From positions 384,114-448,113 of the forward strand of contig MU056313.1 of assembly GCA_013239625.1 (NCBI GenBank): a DNA stretch of 64,000 bases. The letters are read 5' to 3'. Positions 1 to 9,826 of this stretch are shown one piece after another; positions within the stretch are counted from its first letter, which is position 1, and the number at the start of each line of letters is the position of its first letter. The notes beneath the pieces are model-generated. The model was not told the DNA's origin. It searched no databases and saw only the letters and a list, made by a program, of their open reading frames with translations. A program made the position numbers and the translations under genes. The DNA is from Lama guanicoe. Taxonomy: Eukaryota.

Positions 1-364
1 CTGGGATGGACTTAGCAGCATGGGATCCCAGACTCCCTTCAGCTGCTCAGGCAGCTGAGAGTGCTTCTCCTTCCTCAGATTGTGCTGCATCCTGGATCCA
101 GTAGAGGCCTGTAGCAAATGATGCTGAAGGGCCATTTGTACCTTGAAATAATTCACAGGAAGGATTTTGACAGTGGAGAAATATAGACATATTGGAGTAA
201 CCCACTCCTCAATTCCTTCTCTATATCCTTTACTAAAGCAGTGAATAAAACATTGGTGTTGAGTGGCAGACAGTGATAGGAATTCTCTGTAGGTCAGGGG
301 TGATAGTGAGAATGAAGATCTAGAGATGGGATCAGTCCAGGAGAATCTGGGCAATTTTTAAACA

Positions 365-670
365 CAGATTTTGAAATTCATCCTTCTGTAGCTCCTTCCT
401 TTCCCCTCTAATATTTCAGTCGTTTTGTCAGCTTGCACCTCTGTCTCCTGAAGCTTGAAATCAATAAAAATGTAGCTTTCTGCCACTCTGAGATGTCTAG
501 TTTGCATAGTGCCATAGGCAAAAAGCTGCAAACATGCAGATCTCACGCAGGGCAACTGTCTGCCAAGGCTGGCCTTAATTCCAGTTTTAGTCTTAATTTT
601 GGTTGTTTACAGTGCCCTCAAATAACTTTTTTTTAACATTTTATACAGATTTTGTGGTGATTATCTACAA
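365..670 (-). mobile_element. Old L1M (L1ME-type) 5' region fragment
   Basis: Resembles the antisense 5' end of ancient L1M elements (…cagtgccctcaaataactttttt…cagattttgtggtgattatct); highly diverged. Confidence 0.5.
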
Positions 671-671
671 G

Positions 672-800
672 TACTACTGTTGTATAAAAATTTAATCCAA
701 AATTTAACAGCTTAAAGCAACACTTTTTATTGTGCTCATAGATTCTTAGTTCAAGAATGAAGACAAAGCATAGTAGTTATGACTTGTCATCTGTACCATG
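672..800 (-). mobile_element. MLT1 (ERVL-MaLR) LTR fragment
   Basis: actgttgtataaaaatttaatccaaaatttaacagcttaaagcaacac…ctcatagattct resembles the antisense MLT1 LTR 3' end. Confidence 0.6.
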
Positions 801-802
801 AC

Positions 803-1030
803 TTTTCTAAATACAAGATCGTGTCATCTAAGAGTAGAAATGTTTTGCTTTTTCCTCTCCAATCTAGATACCCTTTCCTTCTTTTTCTTGCCTATTTTCC
901 CTGGCAAGAACCTCTAGGATAGTGTGTAGACTAGAAAAGAAATGCTCAGAATAGACGTCCCTGTCTTATTCCTGATCTTTGAGGGAAAGCCTTAGCATTT
1001 CACCATTAAGTGTGATGTTAGCTGTGGGGA
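803..1030 (-). mobile_element. L1 ORF2 reverse-transcriptase fragment (degenerate)
   Basis: The minus strand gives PTANITLNGE…VLARE.RQEKEGKGI.IGEEK…DDTILYLE, matching L1 ORF2 PTANIILNGEKL…[32 protein letters not shown] with stops and frameshifts. Confidence 0.9.
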
Positions 1031-1039
1031 TTACAGTCT

Positions 1040-1890
1040 TAATATTTATTTCTACCAATTCTATTATTTGTTCCAGTTATGAGTCAGTTTTGAATGATTT
1101 ATTTTTTCCTCATGGGTGGTATAATTTTGTTTCTTTAATGTCTCATAATTTTTGTTTGGATGCCAGACATTGTAAATTTTACTTTTTTGGGTGCTGGATT
1201 ATTTTCTAAAAATTCTCTTGAGCTTTGTTCTGAGACAGCTCATTTACACGGAAAGATTGGAGTCCCATCAGATCTTGCTTTTTCAGCTTTGTTTGAATTT
1301 AGTCTAGGGCTATTTTTTTCTGCATTACCAAGACAAGACCTTTCTGGGTATCGTATTCAATGCCCAGTGAATTACAAAGTTTTCTAGCCTGGTTGGTGGG
1401 AATAGGCACTCTTTCCACTCCTCTTTGTGTTTCAGCTCTTATTGCTAGTGGTTCCTTTTATGGCCTTGCATGGTTTTCTTATATACATGCATTAATCAGT
1501 AAGCAGCTAAATACATAAGGCATACTTTATGAAGATTTCTAGAGTTCTATCTGTGCAGCTCTCTCCTTTCCAGTGTCCTGTCCTGCAAATTCTAGCTGTC
1601 TTGGCCTTTCCAGTCTTCCAGGAGTATGTCTCCTCCACTGTGTGTCACTTGCTGGTCTTCATTTGTTGACTCCCTTCCCTGCACTTCAGCCTAGAAACCC
1701 TTCCAGGCAGGAAGCGAGGACGAGTGCAGGGCTCATCTCAATTTTTTCTTATCTCTTAGGGATGACTGTCCTTCAGTGCTTAATGTCCAATGTCTTGAAA
1801 AATGTTGTTACATATATTTTGTCTATTTTTTATTTGGTTCAGGGAGGAGGATAAAGTTGGAACCTTTTACTCCATCTTGGCCAGAAGCAG
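1040..1890 (-). mobile_element. Ancient L1M (L1MC/MD/ME-type) 5' end
   Basis: Ends in ttactccatcttggccagaag (antisense of the L1M 5' start cttccggccaagatggagtaa) and contains tgtccaatgtcttgaaaa and ctgtgcagctctctcct, typical of that 5' UTR. Confidence 0.8.
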
Positions 1891-1929
1891 TTGTCTTTTA
1901 TGCACATTGAAGTTTGAGAATCATAATTA

Positions 1930-2105
1930 TGTGGATTTGGGAGCCTCAGAGCTCTGATTTGAGTTGTGAGCCTGCCACTCAGTCACTGATGCTCTTAGGC
2001 AAGTTATTGAATCAGTCTGTGCCTCAGTTTTCTCATCTGTAAAATGAAGTGGCAGTACCTACTTTGGGAGTTTGTTGAGTTTTAGGTGAGAGGAAGTCAG
2101 TAAAA
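1930..2105 (+). mobile_element. MIR SINE
   Basis: CORE motif ggcaagttattgaatcagtctgtgcctcagttttctcatctgtaaaatg. Confidence 0.9.
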
Positions 2106-5102
2106 AGCTTTTTTATACTCTATACTATTTTCTGTTGTTTAAATTTTTAATGTCAAAAGTTAATGCATGTATTAGAATACAATTTTAGAATAAAGTTTTA
2201 AAAACCTTTAAAAGCTAGTTCTGTACTTAGTTGTTAGCAATATAGAAGTCAACAGGCAACATTCTCCATCTTCCCTAATTCTACACAACATGCAATTGGC
2301 AACACATCTTTAATGGTCATAGACTGTTGTCATAATATGATAAGTAATATAGATTATTTATAAAAATTTAAAATAATAATTTAGAAATATTGTTCACTAA
2401 GGTAATGGAAGTGAATATTTCTTAATTTTAATTGTTCTGGCTCTATCTGGCCGTTTTTTATAAACAGTAATATAAAAAACTTTATTGAATTATGTAGTGT
2501 TAAATTTCTCAGATGGGCAACGCATGAATGTAGTCCCTAAGAATTACTTTAAATTCATTTAATTTCTTCAAAACAAAAAAGGCATGAATAATTAAATGAA
2601 AATTTTTATTTTGAATTATATAGAGGTATAAAGCATATAATAAATCTTTTCTGCAAATGAACCAAATTTAAAAACAAACTAGTTTTCTTTGAAGTTTTAA
2701 GGCAAAATTTACTGTACCATATGCTTATAATATCATACTAGGGGCAGAAAAAATTAATCTTAACATGTACTAACTTGCCATTTCTTACCATTTTGGTAAA
2801 ACTTTTGATATAAAGTAGTGAATTAATTCAATTCAAGCATAATCATGTGTTACACAGATTTAATCAGTAACATTGTATACATTTTTAATTTTCTGCTTTC
2901 TTAGCTGTAAGATTGGAATGTCAATAGTGACAAATGCTAGGAGGATGTGATAATGACTTACAAACCATCTTACAAATATACAACAATAAAGTGTTATAAA
3001 ATAAAGACTCATTTTTATACTTTGAGACACACAAATTATCCCACTCCTGTTATCAGGAATTAGCCAAATTAGAGTATTAGCAAACAGATGCTTGGTTAAT
3101 AATGAGAACAAGGCTCCCCTTTGAAGAACTATTCCTTAGAAATATTATGACACATGATGAGCTCATGTTGTATATATTACGAAAATCTTTCTGACTGCCG
3201 TACCCAATGTTACGGTATTAATTTCTTAGAAAGAAATACTGTTCTTATGTTTTCCTCTAAGTGAGATATTGACTATTTCCCACAAAAGAAATATACTTTT
3301 ACTTCTATTCTTTTACTCCGTGTGACATAATATTCAGAAATACTTCAGCCTCAAACGCAAAAAGTCAGGAACATTTTATTTTTCGCCACTTATTCTGAAT
3401 AAATATCTGATGAGATCCTTCTGTTTCTCATAAGCTGGGAAGTAGGACTGTGGGGCTTGCTGTGAAAGGATGACAAGTGAGTTTCCACGAGCCCATTTGT
3501 GCTGTATAATGGCTGTGGTCCCCTGTAGGAGTTGCTTAGCTGAGAAGATGAAAATATGGTCAAACATAGAAAGTTGCTGGATCCTGGAGATCAAAGTGCA
3601 ATCTTCTGTGTGACTTGCATGCATACATTAGAGTGTCTGGTAATTTGTCTTCTGTCCTGGACCTCTGGGTACTTGCAGTAGGAGTTTGGGAGAGGGCATG
3701 TGTGTGTGACTTTTGTAGTAATTTACATTAAACTTGATCCATTTCTGTCTTCTAAAATATATTTGCCTGTGGTTCATTTGTGATAGCAAGAGACGTCTGT
3801 GTAAATGGCATGGTACATGTGACTTAGTGATGTCGATTGCCTGACAATGTATAATTGAACAATATTATGACTGTCTGAACATCTGGAGCAGCACTCCCTT
3901 ATACATAGTCTAACCAATCAGTTGTCCTTATAACAATCTCAGTGATTTCTCTGGCTCTTTTTTCTTAGGTTAAATCAGGAAACTTGGTTCTATAAAAGAA
4001 AAAATGTATGTAACATAGATGTACAATTTAAAACAAAACCAAAGAGCCTACATATTTGTGACTAATGAAGCCCTTCCTGACCCTCTAGCGTAGGCAGACA
4101 GATCAACGTGATGCAGAAATGCAGCACATTTGCCTTCAAAATTTGTGTTTTTCTCCCCTAAAAAATAGGCAGCTAGACAAATGTCCAGTTAACCAATGTT
4201 ATGCTCCAAACCTGTTGAAACTTCTCTCACTCCTTTTTAGAAATATTACTGCATGAAGAATCCTTTACATGCTCCAGATTTAGCATTTTTAGCTTGATGG
4301 GTAAGTTTGTAGCCCAAATGAAAAAGGGCAAGAAAAATTACCTTTGCATTACATCCTGAAGGGATCCAAGTTTAATCCTGGCCTCCTAATAAAACCTGTA
4401 ATAGAAAAACTGAGCTATACCATAAGTTTCTTGTAGAATCCATCATCCAAATAAGACTTTTTTTCTGCTTTTGCTTCATTCCTGTGCTGAATGTCTTGGT
4501 TCAGAGACAGATTGTGTCTACTGTAATAGATTTATAGCATAGTAATATGAATAGATGCTCTAGTGATTTCTGTTATCTTTGATTTTAAATTTATGCATTA
4601 GCTCCAATATTTTAAAGTGAGTTTTTTTCTTTCTCTCCTAAGAGACAAATGATCAGTGCTAACCCATCACAGACAACTAGAGACACCAGTGGTCTCCCAT
4701 AATAAATTGGAAGGGATCCCAGATGCCTGATGAAACACTCTCATTCTTTCTAAGAAGTAGTCATAGCCACAGGCTAGAGAAAAATCTTTACTTTTTCAGC
4801 CTGTATCTCTGCTACTAAAGTATGTAGTGGGCATAATGAGTCTGTTTCTAATAACCAAAGGGGTACTGAGTCTGTTTCTAATAAGCATAGTTCTAGAATA
4901 AAGCAAGAGCCAAATAAATTGCCAAATGAAATTATAATTACGATAAAACACTTTTCTAAATGAAGGTGGATTGGATCATTTAGAAGCAAGCTTTGAACAC
5001 TTTACAGTTTTTAGACTCTTCAGATTCTACCAGAGATTTGAACTCTTCACTCATGACTGGCTTGCACCCTGGCAGTTTTGTACCCAAAGGTGTGCAACCT
5101 TT

Positions 5103-5412
5103 CAGGTGCAAGTTGCAAATTAAAATTGTGGTTTGAGAAATAAAGGTGTGTTTATAGTAAACAGGTGGCTGCTGTTCAAAAGAGAATTGCTGGGGACTCT
5201 TTTATGACCATTCTGATGCTGGGACATATTAAGTGGAGCTTGTCACTTTTCCATCTGCTGTAGACAACTGCTAGAGGCGGAACCCATTTAGGAGGTGGTA
5301 CGCACCATGCAGCTGCTCCACCGTGTCTCATAAATAAATAACCCAATCATGGCCTGTCTGTTTTATTAAGCCCAGTTTGTGAGGATTGGGTCATTGGTCT
5401 CTTAGGCAGTTG
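5103..5412. promoter_or_regulatory. Candidate enhancer (E-box cluster)
   Basis: Six CANNTG boxes in about 310 bp of unique sequence, plus two CCAAT motifs. Motif evidence only. Confidence 0.3.
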
Positions 5413-7243
5413 TCCACAATGTATGACTTTTAAAGAATTTTTTGGATATGATTCTTTAAAGATTAACTTGGTGTTAACAGAAAAATTGTGAGTTGCATTT
5501 TGGGTTTATATTTGTTTGATTATACTTTATCTAAATGAGTAGGCTTGATAAAAAGCGCTTCCTTGGGAAATATAATGCCCATTTGTCATGCAGGAACTCT
5601 GCTCACTTGCTTTAATCTCCCCTTGGACACACTTAAAGAGTTTTTATCTCTAAAAGAAGCAGTTTGGTAGAATGTTCTGTTCTCTGCATACATCATTCAA
5701 CTCATTTACTTATTGCTATATTACTTTTGTGATTCACAGATAAAAGAACATTAAAACAGAGGTACTATTTAGAAGTTTTGGTCTTTTTTCCCAGTTTGAT
5801 GCTTTATCAAATGAGATAGTACTGAAAAAACAAACAAAAAAAGTATCTCTTTTTGTAGATATCAAACTATTTTATTTAACTTTTAACAGTTTGCAAATCC
5901 TGACTGTTTTGCTCTGAACCACGTGTCTTGCTATAATAAGCTTGGTGATTGAGGATTTCTTTTCCCCTCACTGGGTCTGGATTACATTCAAATCATTGTG
6001 TAGATTAAATGACATTTAGTACATGTGATTTGTCTACGAAATCCTTAATGTTAGAGATTTTGACTTTTCTTGGCAGAATGTTCTCATCTGTCATGATGTC
6101 ATTGGCTGATAAAACACATAAAACCACCAAGTCTAGTAATGTCTTTGGGTTTCCAATATGTTTGGTAGCAAAAGGATTCTAGTCTCTGTGTACTTTTGAG
6201 GCTCACAGTATGTATCAGGCAAAGAGAGGTTTATTAGTCACCAGGAAAACATTGAGGAACTCATGAAGCATGCGATGTCTAACTGGCTCAGAAATTAAAT
6301 AGTGTAAGTGGTTTTGAGTAGCCTTTCAAAGTCACCCATGAGTCTTTTCCCTTCATTCCCACCATATATAACTGTCAAAATGCAGTATGTGTTTAGGAAA
6401 GATACACGTTTTGGTAGAGTAGACAAATGTCTGATCCTTTCCAGAAATTATGAATCTGAAAAATGCTTATCAAGCTAATTAAGCCAATACATTCAATTCA
6501 GAAAAGCAGAACAAAATGTTTAATAGTTTGATAGCTTGCTGAATTCTGAATAAGATGAAATAAGCCATGTATTTGAGAGACTAGAGTTGAAAACTGAAAG
6601 ATCTTTGGGAGTTGAGGCGAACATTGGTAGATAGAACTTTAAAGCTCTGCCATTTCATCATTTGCTGTTTAACAATTGAGAGATCCAAGCATGTCTTTAA
6701 CAGACAACTTTTATAAATGATGATCTTTGCTTTGTTATTCTTTGAAGCAAATTGCTGAACTATTAGCTTTACACCCTACATTCCAGAATTAGTTTCCTCC
6801 TATGTTTGATAGTTTTATCATCATTTAGTCTAGATTGCATGCGCATCTCTAAATGGTTTCAAGACTGTAATTAGTTACAGTATTATAGCTGCATTGAATT
6901 CCAAAATAGTATTGTAGTTTTTGAGCAATTGCTAAAAATGTTATACTTGTATCCCCTTTTTTAATGTATTTACATGATGCTGACTTCCCTCTGATTTTTT
7001 TCTCCACATTTTTGATGTTTTGAAATGAGAACTAAAGAATTTGACAAAACAAGTGGTATTTTAATCTCATTTCAAGTTTAAGTTTATGAGAGTGAAAATG
7101 ATAAAGAATAGATTTGGATTAAGCAACTGTCTATGTAGAAGATGTCAAATAGCAAAATTTGGTTATCTGGACATGAACTTTGAGTATTTATAAAATGATA
7201 AATATATGGCAAGAGTTAGAGATACATTCTATTGTGAAGAAGT

Positions 7244-7415
7244 TGTTAGAGCAGGCAGGTAGCTAGATAGGAGCAGAGAAAGGGGGACATCTGCCTGCTC
7301 TTTGCTTAAGAGCATACTGCCTATCCCTTAATAAATCCTTGCTTTGCTTTCTTCCTCTCCGCGTCTTGTATCTGAATTCTTTCTGTGACAAGACAAGAAC
7401 CTCTCGATCCCACCA
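7244..7415 (+). mobile_element. ERV1-class (MER4-group-like) solo LTR, internally deleted
   Basis: TG…CA termini; AAGT target-site duplication at 7240-7243 and 7416-7419; AATAAA at about 7330 followed by an R/U5-like gaattctttct…gacaagaacc. Confidence 0.85.
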
Positions 7416-7597
7416 AAGTCACTTTGTAAAAATCTTACACCTACTTTGCAGAACACAGAACAATTGGTAGGGCTGTGCCTAGTAATTTTCAAGAACACAC
7501 TATAAAGAGTTTAGTCTCAGATCATTTGAGGAAGCATGAAATTTTAACAAAAGGAAATGAATATGATACATTTAGTAACAGTAATACATGTCGAGAT

Positions 7598-7644
7598 GAG
7601 AGTTTATGGTGTCTTGTTATAGCAGCCTGAGCTAACTAAAACAA
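7598..7644 (+). mobile_element. MLT1A/MST-like LTR 3' terminus
   Basis: agtttatggtgtcttgttatagcagcctgagctaactaaaaca matches the MaLR LTR end. Confidence 0.7.
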
Positions 7645-8862
7645 TTACGTATTGTCCTCCCACAAACAAGATTATAAATTACATTGGGCCAAGGATTTTT
7701 GTTGCTTAAGACCTAAGGAAGCTTTTTATTGTTCTTCATATTTCACAAACCTCAGTTCTTTTTAGAGCTTTTGATTTCCAGACACTTTTACAAAATTCTA
7801 ACCCTTGTTTTATATGTCTTTGATTTTTTGGTTTATATTCATCTGTATGTAACAAAGTCTAATTTAAAAGGAAGATCTTGATGCACTTTGGTTTCTTTAC
7901 ATACTTTTCTTTTTTTTTTCTCACTGGAATTACCTGAAATTGTAAATATTATGCTTTTGAATAGCTTCTCATTTGCCTTGAGCTGACTGACTATGGAAAT
8001 CTTTTCTTCTGAAGACAACTTTCTGGTCTGAGTTATGTATCTAAACATATCTTTCCTCACTTAGGCAAATTCCAAGGTCTCCCAACATATTTAGCATTTA
8101 TATTTTAACAAAAAGTTCTTATTAGCTTAAATTAAGTATGAAAGAGAAGTTCCCTTCATGTTTCCACTAACCAAAAATGAAATCTTCTCAAAGCTGGGCA
8201 GACATCCCTCATGCGCTTGGTTTTAGAAGAGTTGGGTATTCGGGAGTATTCTGAATGTCTGAAGTCAGCCATCAGCATGATATTTTCCCTGTTTTGTGAA
8301 CTGTATTAGAAAAGCATTAAACTTCTCCTCCATCTAGCTAGGTGGTCTCTAGTATCATCTCACAACACTACCGTTCATCACGGTCCTTCATTTGGAACCT
8401 GTCTGCTACAGATCTGCACGTATTTTATCTCCCAGCCCTGCTTCTTTTAGGACAGATTCTTTTAAAAAATGATTTTATCCTTTTGCTGGCATATCATAAT
8501 CATGATTTCATGAGGGAGACTTTTAGCCCTGATGATACTGATTTGGGAATGTTTGAAGGAAGAAATTGAATAAATATGAGTGAAGAGAACATTTTCTTCC
8601 CTCCACTCTTCCCTCTGCACAAGTTTTGTTCAGTGACCAAAAAACAGGTGGGTTGATAGAGAAGAAAGAAAGGGAAAAAGAGAGAAACCGCTCCTGTCTC
8701 CCCCACGATCAGTAATATACATACACACATGTGGTTCTTGTAAATCATGTTAATTGACAGCTAGAGGTGAGGATTCCTTGATTTTAAGTTGAGATTGTGG
8801 AACGCTGTGTAATCACAGGAAAATTATCGTGCATATATTAAGTCTTAGTAGCATTAAATAAG

Positions 8863-9430
8863 TTATAATAACTAATATTTATTGTGTAATGTGTACAGCC
8901 CTCCCTGGGTATCCACAGGGATTGATTCCACGACCCCCTGCGGATAACAAAGTCCACAGGTGGCCAGTCAAGTTCCTTACGTAAAAAAGCATAGTATTTG
9001 CATAAACCTACACACATTCTAAATTATCTCTAGATTACTTATAATACCTAATATGATGTAAATGCTATGCAAATATTTGTAAATACAATGTAAATGCTAT
9101 GTAAATAGTTGGCTCAGCAAATCCAAGTTTCACTTTTTGTAACTTTCTGAAACATTTTTTCTGAATATTTTCCATCTGTCATTGGTTGAATCCATGAGTG
9201 CCGAACTCACAGATGCAGAGGGCCAACTGTGTATGTCAGAAGCATCACATGCACTGCTTCATTTCATAGTTAAAACATTGTATAGACAGTTATTAGTACC
9301 CCCTGCCTCCAGTTCAGATAAAACTGAGGCCCAGCAAAGTTAAATTACTTGCCCTGAAGTTCTGTACTTAGTAAGAGATAGAGACAAGTCCTAACCTACA
9401 TTATCTGATTTCAGAGCCCATATGCTTAAA
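8863..9430 (-). mobile_element. MIR SINE interrupted by MER2
   Basis: MIR tail (aataactaatattttattg) left of MER2; MIR body (aaactgaggcccagcaaagttaaattacttgccc…ctgatttcagagcccatatgcttaa) to its right. Confidence 0.8.
8896..9229. mobile_element. MER2/MER2B (TcMar-Tigger) MITE
   Basis: TA|cagccctccctgggtatccacaggg…cagatgcagagggccaactg termini; internal tctagattacttataatacctaat…tgtaaatgctatg characteristic of MER2. Confidence 0.9.
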
Positions 9431-9487
9431 TGATCAAAGTGCAACTCCACTTTGTGAGTGTGAATAGTGGAGAGCCTGTCACATATG

Positions 9488-9575
9488 CAGTAGGGCACCA
9501 TCTCCAACCTGAATGTGTTCATGGATCACCTGGGGATCATGTTAAAATGCAAACCCATAGACCACACTTTGGCCA
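9488..9575. mobile_element. MER5A (hAT-Charlie) deleted fragment
   Basis: ggatcacctggggatcatgttaaaatgca joined directly to gaccacactttg. Confidence 0.65.
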
Positions 9576-9719
9576 ACAAGAATGGGGGTCAGAGCATTGT
9601 GATAAATGCCTAGAAGATAGTGCTGAGGTCCTCATGCTGATTTGGGCACTGGCTCACCCCCATATTAACCAAGCTCTAGGACTTCTGCTCCTTGGTGAAA
9701 AAGAAACATACACCATGTG

Positions 9720-9826
9720 TGGTATCTGTTCAGAATATATGTTGTGTTCTGGACATTGTACTAGACACTAGAGATTTAAAAGTCAGGTAATTCATTGTCT
9801 CTGTCTTACAGGAGCTTCCTACCCAG
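9720..9826 (-). mobile_element. L2 3' end
   Basis: tgtgttctggacattgtactagacactagagat…tctctgtcttacaggagctt is the antisense L2 tail. Confidence 0.65.

Noticed and set aside
4342-4395. 54-nt minus-strand exon-like cassette (ttacAG…AAG|GTAATT)
   Set aside because: Stops in all three frames; it illustrates how often such splice pairs occur by chance.
4837-4884. CRISPR-like repeat-spacer reading of the short direct repeats
   Set aside because: Only two copies per locus, different units at each locus, eukaryotic context and no cas genes.
9052-9112. Duplicated atgtaaatgctatg.aaata motif
   Set aside because: As I recall it is part of the MER2B consensus, not a locus-specific event.
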